Positions 30,981 through 40,876 of a stretch of DNA of 64,000 nt are shown here, piece after piece. Location: positions 1,408,001-1,472,000 of the forward strand of contig NZ_JAQNDL010000001.1 of assembly GCF_028368995.1 (NCBI RefSeq), written 5' to 3'. Each line of letters begins with the position of its first letter. Position 1 is the stretch's first letter. Position numbers and translations under genes: made by a program. The stretch comes from Nannocystis bainbridge. Lineage in GTDB: Bacteria; Myxococcota_A; Polyangia; Nannocystales; Nannocystaceae. The notes beneath the pieces are model-generated. The model was not told the DNA's origin. It did not search any database and worked only from the letters and a program-made list of their open reading frames with translations.

Positions 30981-32570
30981 TCACCAGCTGTGGTACGGCA
31001 GGATCGCGTCCTTCGTCAGCGCGTAGACCCGCTCCGGCTGGCTGGCGAACACCAGATCGCGCACGTCGCCGCCGGGGCGCTGGGTGGCCCACAGCACCGC
31101 CCCGTCCTGGTCGATCCGGAGCACCCGGGTGCGCGACTGGTCGCCGTCGTGCTCGCCGACGCCGACGAACATACCGCCGAACGGCTCCGCCTCGACCGGC
31201 CCGGCCCGCACCGACCAGCCGTCGGGCGGCGCCCACTCCTGCCACCACAGCTGCGCCCCGTCGGCCGTGGCGAACATCGCGTAGCCGAGCAAGCTGTCCT
31301 GAGGGACATCTCCATCGAATTGCGTCAGCGCCACCGCCAGCCCGGTCTGACCGGTCACCACCACGTCGGTCGGCAGCGCGTGCGCGTGCGTCGGCGCCGG
31401 CAGCATCACGTCCCACAGCGGCAGGCCCTCGGGCGACAGCGCCTCGAGGAACAGCTGGTCCGACGCATCATCGTCGGCGTGGCGCTCGCCGACGGCGTAG
31501 ATCGTGCCGACATCGTCGATCGCCACCCCACGATAGCGCACCGTCCAGCCGACCCCGACCGGCGCGTCGTGCTGCCACATCAGCGCGCCCCCGCCGTCGA
31601 AGCGCAGCACCCACGCCCCCGCGCCGCCGGCCGCGTGGTTGCCGACGACCGCGATGTCGCCGCCCGTCCACGCCAGGTCGGTGACCGCGACCGGCAGGTC
31701 CACGTAGTCGGTGAAGAACGCGGTCGAGCCGTCACCGCCGACGTTCGCCAGCCACATGTGCCCGCCCGAGCCCGGCTCCTGCGCCTCGGTGTCGACGATC
31801 CCCGCGACCACCGCCTGCCCCTGGATCCCCTGGGCCTGCAGCGGCGCCCGCCCGTGCTCGCCGGCCCACTCGGTGATGTCCCAAAAGCCAGGATCGTCGC
31901 CCCCCGGCAGCGACACCTCGAACAGCTGCGCCGCCGTCTGCCCCTCAGGCCCGAAGTCCGCCAGCGCGCGGCCGACGATCATCGCCGACGCGTCGAGGAA
32001 CCACCCCGGCAGCGGCGCCATGCAGCGCAGGTCGTCGGCCCCCGCCGGCTTGGGGATCACCAGCGGGTCGAGCGGCGCCCCCATGCCCAGCTCGCAGCTC
32101 GGCAGGCAGCCGTCGTCGAGGTCGGCGTTGGCCCCGTCGTCGCACGCCTCGCCCGGCTGGACCACGCCGTCGCCGCAACCCGGCGGCCCGCCCGTGCTGC
32201 TCGTGTCCGGCCCGGTGCTCGTCGTCGTCGTCTCTTCGCCAGTGCTCGTCGAGGTGTCCGGCCCGGTGCTCGTCGAGGTCGTCGCTTCGCCGGTGCTCGT
32301 CGAAGTCGTCGCCTCACCGGTGCTCGTCGAAGTCTCGGTCGCGCTCACGCCCTCGGTGGTCGTGCTCTCGCCCGTGCTCGTGCCGGTGGTAGTCGTGGAT
32401 GTCGGATCGCCGGTGGTCGGCGGATCGTCGCTCGTGGTCGTCGCCGTCTCGCTGCCGCTCGCGGTCGCGGCCCCGGTGTCCGTCTCTGTGTCCCCGGGGA
32501 CAGGTTGTGAAGGACAGGCCGTCAGCAGCCCGCAGACCATGAGCGCGGTCGAACGATCGACAATCGACAT
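30981..32570 (-). CDS. Surface lipoprotein: Thr-rich stalk, myxococcal Cys-rich (DUF4215-like) repeat and beta-propeller
   Basis: LLTAC lipobox, TSTSTG repeats, CGDGVVQPGEACDDG...GCL..C, repeated D..G...W blades. Confidence 0.8.
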   Translation of the reverse strand: MSIVDRSTALMVCGLLTACPSQPVPGDTETDTGAATASGSETATTTSDDPPTTGDPTSTTTTGTSTGESTTTEGVSATETSTSTGEATTSTSTGEATTSTSTGPDTSTSTGEETTTTSTGPDTSSTGGPPGCGDGVVQPGEACDDGANADLDDGCLPSCELGMGAPLDPLVIPKPAGADDLRCMAPLPGWFLDASAMIVGRALADFGPEGQTAAQLFEVSLPGGDDPGFWDITEWAGEHGRAPLQAQGIQGQAVVAGIVDTEAQEPGSGGHMWLANVGGDGSTAFFTDYVDLPVAVTDLAWTGGDIAVVGNHAAGGAGAWVLRFDGGGALMWQHDAPVGVGWTVRYRGVAIDDVGTIYAVGERHADDDASDQLFLEALSPEGLPLWDVMLPAPTHAHALPTDVVVTGQTGLAVALTQFDGDVPQDSLLGYAMFATADGAQLWWQEWAPPDGWSVRAGPVEAEPFGGMFVGVGEHDGDQSRTRVLRIDQDGAVLWATQRPGGDVRDLVFASQPERVYALTKDAILPYHSW

Positions 32571-32931
32571 TGGCGAAATCTACGCGCGGGCCGCAGCGCC
32601 GGCAAGCCGCGCGCCGCGGTCGGTCCGGCGCCTCCACCGCGATCCGCACGCGAATCGACGAATGCGCGTACCTCCGACGCTCATCCTCCGCCCACGACGA
32701 ATGCGCGGGGCGTCGCTACGATTCGCCCGATCTGTCGCGCCGGAGCGCGCACGCCCCGTGAGTTCGCCGGACGGATCGCGCCCCCGTGCGCCGCGTGAAT
32801 CAGCGACGGAGGCGGGCCCGCCATGACCTTGACCGTCGAGCCTGCTGCGGCGACGGTCGAGCCCGCCGCGCGGCTCGCTCGGTTGCGCATCGCCGGAACT
32901 CGCGCATGCCATGGGCGGGAGAAAATCGCTG

Positions 32932-33498
32932 ATGGGTTCCACATCGCTGAAGGGCAAGAAGATCGCGATCCTCGTCGTCTCGGGGTTCGAGCAGAGCGAG
33001 CTGGTCAAGCCGCGCGAGGCGCTCGATGCCGCCGGCGCCGAGACGGTGCTCGTCTCATCCGAGTCCGGCAAGGTGCGCGGCTGGAAGGGCGGCGACTGGG
33101 GCGACTCGTTCCCGGTCGACCTCGCGCTGAGCGACGCGCGCGCGGTCGATTACGACGCCCTGCTGCTGCCCGGCGGCGTCATCAACCCTGACAAGCTGCG
33201 CATCGACGAGGACGCGATCAAGTTCATCCGTCACTTCGTCGCCAGCGACAAGCCGGTCGCCGCCATCTGCCACGGGCCGTGGCCGCTGATCGAGTCGGGC
33301 GGGGTCCGCGGGCGCAAGCTGACCTCGTGGCCGTCGCTGCGCAGCGACCTGCAGAACGCCGGCGCCTCATGGGTCGACGAGGAGGTCGTGCTCGACCGCA
33401 ACCTCGTCACCAGCCGCAAGCCCGACGACATCCCCGCGTTCGTGAAGACGATGATCGAGGCGATCGCCGCCGAGAAGGCGACCACCCACGCCGCCTGA
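32932..33498 (+). CDS. PfpI/DJ-1-family protein (type 1 glutamine amidotransferase-like)
   Basis: GFEQSEL, LLPGGVINPDKLR, AICHGPW, LVTSRKPDD. Alternative start 32911. Confidence 0.92.
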   Translation: MGSTSLKGKKIAILVVSGFEQSELVKPREALDAAGAETVLVSSESGKVRGWKGGDWGDSFPVDLALSDARAVDYDALLLPGGVINPDKLRIDEDAIKFIRHFVASDKPVAAICHGPWPLIESGGVRGRKLTSWPSLRSDLQNAGASWVDEEVVLDRNLVTSRKPDDIPAFVKTMIEAIAAEKATTHAA

Positions 33499-33503
33499 GC
33501 CGC

Positions 33504-35159
33504 TCACGGATAGGCGGCGCGCACGACGATGCCGCTCGGCCCGCGCAGGAAGCTGCGGCCGAGCGCGTCGACGCGGATCTGCAGGCCCTCGTCGAGGTTG
33601 ACGTCGGTCTCGCCCTCGCCGACCAGCTCGCCCAGCGGCGTGTACGCGAAATGCTGGACGACGCGGTTCGGCTGCGGGGTGATCCAGTTGTAGACCTCGC
33701 CGAGCACGAAGTCCTCGCCGCGCACCGGGATCTCCTGGTGCCGGCGGCGGAACGAATCATAGCAGTGGCCGCCGTCCCAGCCCTCGAAATCCATCGTGGT
33801 GCGCTGGACGTCGGCCACCGACGTGCCATCGGCGGCGAAGAACCGCATGTCGAGCGCGGTGCCGTCCGAGCGCCACAGGAACACGAACTCGCTCTCGTCG
33901 TTCATGCCGACGGTGAAGCCGTCGTACCAGTAGTGATAGTTGACGGACAGCTGCACCGGGCCCGCATCGATCCACCCGGCGCCGCCGGCCTTGAAGCGGC
34001 GGTAGTAGATGCCGTTGCCGCTGTGCTTCTGCGCGGCGACGATGCCCTCGCCGGTGGCCTGGTTGAGCGCGACGTGGTTGCCGTAGACGGCGTCGATGTC
34101 GAACGCCTCCTGCTGCGCCCCCGCCAGCCCGTCGGCGTCGACGAAGGTGATCAGCGTCTGGTTCGGCGACACCGTGATCACGCTGTTGCCGGCGGCGTCG
34201 ATCGCCGCGTTGTGGAACTCGAAGTATGCGTCCGGCAGCGCGATCGCCGTCTCGGCGGTGACGACCGGCTGGCACGTGTTGTCCAGCAGCGAATAGGCGA
34301 TGCGGTGGCTCGCCGGGTCGCCGCCGGCGTCGAACCACGTGACGAGGACCTTCTGCGCCTCGCGGGCGATGTGGATCTCCGGCTTCGCCCCCAGCCCCTG
34401 ACCGGCGTCGTAGCTGCCGGCCACGAACTCCGGCCGCCGCACCGTGCCGTCGCCGTTCCAGCAGGTCACCTTGAGCGAGCCCGCGTCGCCGCGCACGACC
34501 ACCAGCGCGCCGTCGGCCGCCACGTCGTAGTCGTCGATCGGCGTGTCGATGACGAGCGCGACCTCGTCGTCGCAGGCGTCGGGGATCCCGTCCTCGTCGA
34601 CGTCGACGTCGTCGGGCCCGGCGAGACAGAGGTCGTCGCCGTCGCACACGCCGTCCATGTCGCTGTCGTTGCTGGCGTCCTGAGGGCACGCATCACAGGC
34701 GTCGGCGATCCCGTCGCCGTCGCCGTCGAGCCCGTCGTCGCCGCCCTCGCACACGTCGCAGGCGTCCGGGACGCCGTCGCCGTCGCCATCGGGCCCGCCC
34801 TCGCACGGGTCGCCGGTGGTGCTGGTGTCGGTGGTGATCGCGTCGGTGGTGCTCGAGTCCGCGGTCGTGCTGGTATCGACCGCCGTCGTCTCGCCAGTGG
34901 TCGTCGTCGTGTCGCCGGTCGTCGTCGTCGTGTCACCGGTCGTCGTCGTCGTCCCCGACTCGCTGTCGCTCATGGCGCTGGTGGTCGGTGCCGCGGTGGT
35001 CGGCGCGTCGGTGGTCGGCCCGCCGGTGCTCGGATCGTCGGTCGTGCCCGTGCCGGTGTCGCTCGTCGCGGCCGACTCGGTGGTCGCGATGGTGTCGTCG
35101 CCGCAGGCGACGCAGGGCAGGAGCACGGACAGGAACAGCGAACAGCGGCCACGCATCAT
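33504..35159 (-). CDS. Lipoprotein with Thr-rich stalk and thrombospondin type-3 Ca-binding repeats
   Basis: CVAC lipobox; DGDGDGVPDACD, DGDGDGIADACD, DSDMDGVCD, DEDGIPDACD. Confidence 0.8.
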   Translation of the reverse strand: MMRGRCSLFLSVLLPCVACGDDTIATTESAATSDTGTGTTDDPSTGGPTTDAPTTAAPTTSAMSDSESGTTTTTGDTTTTTGDTTTTTGETTAVDTSTTADSSTTDAITTDTSTTGDPCEGGPDGDGDGVPDACDVCEGGDDGLDGDGDGIADACDACPQDASNDSDMDGVCDGDDLCLAGPDDVDVDEDGIPDACDDEVALVIDTPIDDYDVAADGALVVVRGDAGSLKVTCWNGDGTVRRPEFVAGSYDAGQGLGAKPEIHIAREAQKVLVTWFDAGGDPASHRIAYSLLDNTCQPVVTAETAIALPDAYFEFHNAAIDAAGNSVITVSPNQTLITFVDADGLAGAQQEAFDIDAVYGNHVALNQATGEGIVAAQKHSGNGIYYRRFKAGGAGWIDAGPVQLSVNYHYWYDGFTVGMNDESEFVFLWRSDGTALDMRFFAADGTSVADVQRTTMDFEGWDGGHCYDSFRRRHQEIPVRGEDFVLGEVYNWITPQPNRVVQHFAYTPLGELVGEGETDVNLDEGLQIRVDALGRSFLRGPSGIVVRAAYP

Positions 35160-35233
35160 CGCGGCAGTGTAGCCGCCAGCCGCGCGCGCCGGAGCGCGTG
35201 TCCGCGCGCCGACGCTGTGGCATAGTCGGCCGC

Positions 35234-36532
35234 ATGCGACGGACCCCCGCGCTCGCGCGCCTCGTACCTGTCCTGTGGACCCTGTCTCTCGGTGCATGTG
35301 AAAAATCGGCCACGAACACGCCCGAGGCTGGCGCCGGGTCCGGCCCGAGCAGCGCCGCGCCGGCCGGCAAGCCGGCCCCGAAGGGCAGCTACGCCGACCT
35401 CGCCGGCCAGTTCGAGCAGGCCGCGGCCCAGCCGGGCGGCGCCGGCAAGCCCGATCTCGAGCGACTCACCGTCCCGCTGCTCGACGCCGCCTCCAAGCGG
35501 CTCAGCGAGCTGTCGATCGTGCACGAGGTCGAGCGCGGCGACGGCAAGGCGGCGCTGTGGATCAGCGCCGAGAGCGGCTCGCCGCTCGGGCGCCTGGCGG
35601 AGCAGCTGCGTTCCGCCGGCGACACGCGCACGGCCTACGACCTGGCGTGGTTCCGCGATCACCCCGGTCGCCCCGCCGGCTACGACGCGCCCGCCAACGT
35701 GCTGCGCCTCGAGCACGCGGTGATCCAGCGCGGCGGCGATCCGGACGAGCCGCGCCTGCGCCACGAGCAGGCGCGCGCCGAGGTGTGGGGCCGGCTGCGC
35801 CGCGGCGAGCCGTCGCCGTATCATTTCCGCCTGCTGGCCGGCAGCGGCGCCGACGAGGTCGTGCGCGGCGACGAGGTCCACGCCCGCGCCCGCGATCTCA
35901 CGCGCGAGCTGCAGGGCGTGCAGGACCTGCTGATCAGCCCCGACGACGCCCCGGTCACGCAGGCCGATCTCGCCGCGGTGCTGGCGGCGAGCGAGGCCGG
36001 CCCCGCGATCGCCCGCCCGCTCACCGAGCTCGAGCTCCGCTTCGGTCGCCTCGCCGCCGCTGCGGTCCGCGGCGCCGACGAGACTGCCCGGCTGCAGCCG
36101 CAGATCAAGCAGGCGCAGGCCAAGGCGAAGGGCAAGAGCGCCGCCCAGGCCTCGGCCGGCCCGCGCGGCGCGTCGCTGCTGCTGGCGCTCGACCCGGTCA
36201 AGGGCGATGCGTCGGGCGTCGCCCACGCGCTGATCGTCGACCTGGCCGAAAGTACAGGTCCCGAGGACCCCAAGAACACGGCCCTGCTGCGCACCCACCT
36301 GACCGACATCGGCAAGGCCGTCGATCGCCACGCCGCCCACTTCGCCGCGCTCGTCGAGCTGCTGCGCCGGATCGCCGGCACCCCGTCCGGCAGCGAGCGC
36401 CGGGCCCTGGTCAAGGCGCTCGCCGGCGTGATCGAGCCGGTCGGTGACGACGCGCCGGCCAAGGCCAAGGCCCAGGCCGCCTACGTCAAGCGCTTCGACG
36501 AGGCCCTGGCCGGGCCCGCTCCCGCCCGCTGA
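35234..36532 (+). CDS. Hypothetical lipoprotein
   Basis: Lipobox LGAC after an Arg-rich/hydrophobic N-terminus; GC3-biased frame. Confidence 0.7.
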   Translation: MRRTPALARLVPVLWTLSLGACEKSATNTPEAGAGSGPSSAAPAGKPAPKGSYADLAGQFEQAAAQPGGAGKPDLERLTVPLLDAASKRLSELSIVHEVERGDGKAALWISAESGSPLGRLAEQLRSAGDTRTAYDLAWFRDHPGRPAGYDAPANVLRLEHAVIQRGGDPDEPRLRHEQARAEVWGRLRRGEPSPYHFRLLAGSGADEVVRGDEVHARARDLTRELQGVQDLLISPDDAPVTQADLAAVLAASEAGPAIARPLTELELRFGRLAAAAVRGADETARLQPQIKQAQAKAKGKSAAQASAGPRGASLLLALDPVKGDASGVAHALIVDLAESTGPEDPKNTALLRTHLTDIGKAVDRHAAHFAALVELLRRIAGTPSGSERRALVKALAGVIEPVGDDAPAKAKAQAAYVKRFDEALAGPAPAR

Positions 36533-36551
36533 TTCACCGCCTCACGCGAGC

Positions 36552-36572
36552 TCCGGGCCCGCAGGGCCCGGA
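36552..36572 (+). terminator. GC-rich hairpin after the lipoprotein gene
   Basis: TCCGGGCCC-GCA-GGGCCCGGA. Confidence 0.45.
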
Positions 36573-36582
36573 ATTCACGTCC

Positions 36583-36613
36583 TTGACAATGGTTGCTTAT
36601 CGGGTTAACTATT
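36583..36613 (+). promoter_or_regulatory. Probable promoter/ArsR operator of the VOC-ArsR-SRPBCC operon
   Basis: Perfect TTGACA followed by AT-rich GTTAACTAT; imperfect inverted repeat ATGGTTGC...GTTAACTAT. Confidence 0.5.
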
Positions 36614-36642
36614 CATCGAACCCGCAACCAACGGAGCACCGC

Positions 36643-37110
36643 ATGAAGAGCACGCCGGCCGGATGGCCCCGCATCTCCTCCTCGATCTTCTACGACGACC
36701 CCGCCGCCGCGATCGACTTCCTGTGCCGCGCGTTCGGCTTCGAGGTCCGCCTCAAGGTCGAGGGCGAGAGCGGCGACATCGCCCACTCGGAGCTGACCTT
36801 CGGCGAGGGCCTCATCATGGTCGGCGGCACCACGCGCCGCGACCCCGGCCGCGAGGGCTACCAGAAGCGCCACATCAGCCCGCGCGCGGCCGACGGCGGC
36901 AACACCCAGACGCTGTGCATCTTCGTCGACGACGTCGACGCCCACTGCGCCCGCGCCCGCGAGAGCGGCGCCCGGGTGTTCCGCGAGCCCAGCACCGAGG
37001 ACTACGGCGAGGACTACTGGGCCGACCGCAGCTACGGCGCGCTCGACCCCGAGGGCCACCAGTGGTGGTTCATGCAGCGCGTGCGCGACCCGGGGCAGCG
37101 TGCCGGCTGA
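36643..37110 (+). CDS. VOC/glyoxalase-family protein
   Basis: AIDFL..AFGF, HSELTFGEG.IM, DVDAH..RA, DPEGHQWWF. GGAG RBS upstream. Confidence 0.9.
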   Translation: MKSTPAGWPRISSSIFYDDPAAAIDFLCRAFGFEVRLKVEGESGDIAHSELTFGEGLIMVGGTTRRDPGREGYQKRHISPRAADGGNTQTLCIFVDDVDAHCARARESGARVFREPSTEDYGEDYWADRSYGALDPEGHQWWFMQRVRDPGQRAG

Positions 37111-37441
37111 CCTCGACCGCACCCTCGCGGCGCTGGCCGACCCGACCCGCCGCGGCGTGATCGATCTGCTGCGCCGCAGCCCCCGGCGCGCCAGCGAGAT
37201 CGCCGAGGCGCTCGACATGACGCGCCCGGCCATGAGCCGCCACCTCCGCGTGCTGCGCAAGGCCGGGCTGGTCCGCGAGGACGCGCAGGACGACGACGCC
37301 CGGGTCCGCGTGTACCGCCTCGAGCAGGCGCCGTTCACCGGCCTGCGCGGCTGGCTCGACGAGGTCGAGGAATTCTGGGCCGACCAACTGCAAGCATTCA
37401 AGGCCCACGCCGAACGCCGGGCCCGCGGGAGAAGAGCATGA
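37100..37441 (+). CDS. ArsR/SmtB-family transcriptional regulator
   Basis: ALADPTRR, SRHLRVLRKAGLV. Confidence 0.92.
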   Translation: MPADLDRTLAALADPTRRGVIDLLRRSPRRASEIAEALDMTRPAMSRHLRVLRKAGLVREDAQDDDARVRVYRLEQAPFTGLRGWLDEVEEFWADQLQAFKAHAERRARGRRA

Positions 37442-37947
37442 CGACGCAGCTGCGCGGCGACGCGGCCAACGTGTCGGTGTCGGTGGCGGTGCCGCCGGCG
37501 CTGGCGTTCGAGATCTTCACCGAGGAGATCGATCAATGGTGGCGCCGCGGGAGCAAGTTCCGGGTCGCGGGCAAGCACCGCGGGATCATCCGCCTCGAGC
37601 CGGAGGTGGGCGGCCGGCTGTTCGAGTCGTTCACCACCGACGCGGGCACGCGGGTGGTCGAGACCGGGCGCGTGCTGGTGTGGCAGCCGCCGACCCGCCT
37701 GGTGTTCGAGTGGCGCGCGGCCAACTTCGCCCCGAGCGAGCGCACCGAGGTCGAGGTGGAGTTCACGCCGAGCGGCGACGGGACCTGTGTCCGCGTGCAG
37801 CACCGCGGCTGGAGCGAGCTGCGCCCCGACCACCCGGCCCGCCACGGCCAGCCGGTCGACGCGTTCCTGCGCGGGACCGGGCTGTGGTGGGGCGAGCTGA
37901 TGACCTCCCTGCGCGAGCACGCGGCCGCCCGCGCCGCGGCCCGCTGA
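37438..37947 (+). CDS. SRPBCC/AHSA1 domain protein
   Basis: AFEIFT.EI..WW, G.VL.W.PP.RLVF.W, TEVEVEF, H.GW. ATGA overlap with the ArsR gene. Confidence 0.9.
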   Translation: MTTQLRGDAANVSVSVAVPPALAFEIFTEEIDQWWRRGSKFRVAGKHRGIIRLEPEVGGRLFESFTTDAGTRVVETGRVLVWQPPTRLVFEWRAANFAPSERTEVEVEFTPSGDGTCVRVQHRGWSELRPDHPARHGQPVDAFLRGTGLWWGELMTSLREHAAARAAAR

Positions 37948-37988
37948 GCGATCGTCACCGACCGCCGCGAGCGGCGGTCGCGGCGACC

Positions 37989-38058
37989 GGTGCTTCAGGA
38001 CATGTCTCCGAAGACATTTCCGAAAGCACAGGCTCTCAGGGACATGCTCCAAAGGACC
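37989..38058. repeat. Five-unit 14-bp palindrome array, preceded by a hairpin at 37959-37980
   Basis: TGTCTCCGAAGACA and four variants in phase; hairpin CGACCGCCGC/GCGGCGGTCG upstream. Confidence 0.75.
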
Positions 38059-38103
38059 TGCGCGCGATCCTCCCGATCGGCGTGTCCGCGCGCGCCGAGC
38101 CGG

Positions 38104-38754
38104 TCAAGCCCCCTTGACCGCGTAGATCACCCGCACCCGCGACGTGATCTCGATCCGCCCCGGGATGATCGGCGTCGCCGCCCCGAGCTCGTCGGCCGCC
38201 GCGAAGTGGTACTCGGGCAGCGGCGGCGGCATGTCCTCGATCACCTGGGCCATCAGCGGCCCGTCGAGCAGGGCCCCGAGCGCCTTGGCGACCGTGTGGA
38301 TCTCGTCGATCGCCAGCTTGGTCGCCTGCCCCAGCCCCTCGCGGCGGTACTTCTTGTCGTCATTGACCACGAAGCGCAGCCCGCTCGCGGTGTTGACCCC
38401 GGCCGACACGCCGGCGTCGTAGACCGCGACCGCGCGGGCCACCGGGGCCGTCACGCTGATCACATTGGTCGCGCGATAACCGACGAGGATCTCGGTCTGC
38501 GTGTCCTCGTCCCATTTGGTGACGGCCTCGAGCTGCAGGTCCGCGGTCTGGATCGCCGACTCGGGGATCTTCTGCTGCTTGACCGCGGCGATGACCTTGA
38601 CCATGCGCTCGGCGTTCTCCTGCACCGCCTCCGCCGGCTGCTTGGCCTGCGTGGTCACGCCGAGCCGCAGGATCGCCGCGTCCGGCTCCGCGCGCACGAC
38701 GCTGCTCCCGGTCGCCTCGATCGTCTTCGTGTTCACGAACTCTCGTGGTTGCAT
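38104..38754 (-). CDS. SIMPL (DUF541) domain protein
   Basis: TGSSVVRAEPDAA..LGV, IQT..L.L, GYRATN, PI.PG..EI...V.V.Y. Confidence 0.88.
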   Translation of the reverse strand: MQPREFVNTKTIEATGSSVVRAEPDAAILRLGVTTQAKQPAEAVQENAERMVKVIAAVKQQKIPESAIQTADLQLEAVTKWDEDTQTEILVGYRATNVISVTAPVARAVAVYDAGVSAGVNTASGLRFVVNDDKKYRREGLGQATKLAIDEIHTVAKALGALLDGPLMAQVIEDMPPPLPEYHFAAADELGAATPIIPGRIEITSRVRVIYAVKGA

Positions 38755-39040
38755 GAACCCGAGCTTGGGACGTGCCCCGCCCGCCGGCGGGCGATCGACG
38801 ATTCGCCGCCGACAGTCGCAGCGCGCGGCGACGCCTGCGAGGCCACCGCGACGGTGCGGACGGGGCGCCCCGGCCCGCGCGCAGCGACGCGCACGGCCAC
38901 GCGCGGGGGCGCTCAGCCTGACCCGGGGTCGGCGGCCCGGATGGCCCCCATGACATGTCCGCAGAGACATTCTCCGCAGCGTGCGCGCGCCGGCGCGCGG
39001 CCTGGTTGCACGCACGTCGCCGCTGATCGATCGTGGGCCC

Positions 39041-40723
39041 GTGCCGGTCCGCGTCCGTCCCTCGCTCGTCCTCGTGCTCCTGTGCGCCTGCCCGTCCGCG
39101 GCCGGCACCACCACCGAGGACACCGTCGCCTCGACCGGCAGCGGCGGCGCGGCCACGGGCGAGCCGACTTCGACCGGCCCTGACGCGCCGACCACCGCGG
39201 GCGGCTGCCCCGCGCCGCTCGCCGAGTGCGACGGGGCCTGCGTCGACGTCGCCCACGACCCGGCGCATTGCGGCGGCTGCGACAGCCCGTGCGACGCCGG
39301 CCTCGCCTGTCTCGAAGGCCAGTGCGGCGTCGCCTGCGGCCCCGGCACCGCCACCTGCGACGGCGCCTGCGTCGACCTCGAGGTCGACCCCAGTCACTGC
39401 GGCGCCTGCGACCGCGCCTGCGACCCCGGCGTCGCCTGCGTCGCCGCGACCTGCGTGCCCGGCTGCGCCCCCGAACAGGCGCTGTGCGGCGAGGCCTGCG
39501 TCGACCCCGGCAACGACGAGGCCCACTGCGGCGGCTGCGATACCGCCTGTCCTTCGGGACAGCCCTGCGTCTACGGCCAGTGCGTCGGCGTCGGCCTGCA
39601 CCACCTCCTCATCAGCGGACAGAGCCTCTCGACCGGCTCGGGCTCCGTCGTCGTCAGCGTCGAGCAGCCGTTCGCCAACGTCTCGTTCAACACCGGCGTG
39701 CGGGCCGGCGGCGTGGGCCTCACGGGCTTCATCCCGCTGATCGAGACCTGGAACGGCGGCGAGGGCGAGACCATCGCCTCGGGCGCCGCCAACCTCGTCA
39801 GCCAGCTCGAGCAGGACCGCGGCGGCAGCCACAAGATCCTCGCCTCGGCCCACGGCGTCGGCGGCCAGCCCTACGGCGCGCTCAAGAAGGGCACCGCGCC
39901 CTACGCCAACGGCGTCGCCCAGGTCACCGCCGGCGTCGCCCTCGCGGCCATGGCCGGCGAGGCCTATGCCGTGCGCGCCGTCGCCATCGTCCACGGCGAG
40001 AGCGACCACCTCGGCGGCAACCTGGCCTACGCCGAGGATCTGCTGGCCTGGCAGAGCGACTACGAGGCCGACGTGAAGGCCATCACCGCCCAGCCCTACC
40101 CCGTGCCGATGTTCCTGTGCCAGATGTCGAGCTGGACCATGTACGGCAGCAGCGTCTCGCGGATCCCCGGCGAGCAGCTGGCGGCCGCGCGGGCCCGGCC
40201 CGACCGGATCTTCGTCGTCGGCCCCAAGTACATGCTGCCCTACGTCGACGGCGTGCACCTCACCGGCGAGGGCTCGCGCTGGCTCGGCGAGTACTACGCC
40301 AAGGCCTACCGCCGGGTCCTCGTCGAGGGCCTGCCGTGGCGACCGCTGGCGCCGCGCAGCATCACCCGCGAGGGCGCCGTCGTCACCGTCGAGTTCGAGG
40401 TCCTGACCCCGCCGCTGGTGCTCGACGAGCTGCTCGTCAGCAACCCCGGCAACTACGGCTTCGAGTTCACCGACAGCAGCGGCGCCCCGCCGGCGATCGC
40501 CGCGGTCGCGCTCGCGGGCCCCACCACCGTCCAGCTGACCCTCGCGGCCGAGCCCGTCGGCGGCAACCAGCGGGTCCGCTACGCCGCCACCGGCGTGCCC
40601 GGCGTCAGCGCCGGCCCGACCACCGGCGCCCGCGGCAACCTGCGCGACTCCGATGCGACCGTCAGCCGCCACGGCTACAGCCTCTTCAACTGGGCCGTCC
40701 ACTTCGACGAGCCGGTCCAGTGA
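39041..40723 (+). CDS. Lipoprotein with Cys-rich (Stig1/MXAN_6577-like) repeats and SGNH sialate-O-acetylesterase-like (SASA/CE6) domain
   Basis: LCAC lipobox; three CVD...D..HCG.C repeats; GQS, HGESD and DGVH SGNH motifs. Confidence 0.8.
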   Translation: MPVRVRPSLVLVLLCACPSAAGTTTEDTVASTGSGGAATGEPTSTGPDAPTTAGGCPAPLAECDGACVDVAHDPAHCGGCDSPCDAGLACLEGQCGVACGPGTATCDGACVDLEVDPSHCGACDRACDPGVACVAATCVPGCAPEQALCGEACVDPGNDEAHCGGCDTACPSGQPCVYGQCVGVGLHHLLISGQSLSTGSGSVVVSVEQPFANVSFNTGVRAGGVGLTGFIPLIETWNGGEGETIASGAANLVSQLEQDRGGSHKILASAHGVGGQPYGALKKGTAPYANGVAQVTAGVALAAMAGEAYAVRAVAIVHGESDHLGGNLAYAEDLLAWQSDYEADVKAITAQPYPVPMFLCQMSSWTMYGSSVSRIPGEQLAAARARPDRIFVVGPKYMLPYVDGVHLTGEGSRWLGEYYAKAYRRVLVEGLPWRPLAPRSITREGAVVTVEFEVLTPPLVLDELLVSNPGNYGFEFTDSSGAPPAIAAVALAGPTTVQLTLAAEPVGGNQRVRYAATGVPGVSAGPTTGARGNLRDSDATVSRHGYSLFNWAVHFDEPVQ

Positions 40724-40876
40724 CGCCCTGCGCTCCTACCGCGGCACATCGGCGCAAATCACGCGATCCTCAATTTGCGCCCGGAACAGCGCCCGGGGCG
40801 GTCCTGTGAGGCCGAGCCCGGCCTATAGCCCATGTCCGAGCTTGCGCCGGGGCGCCCGCCGATCATGCCCCCTCTC

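Noticed and set aside
29094-32510. 1138-aa plus-strand ORF
   Set aside because: Arg-rich antisense shadow of two lipoprotein genes.
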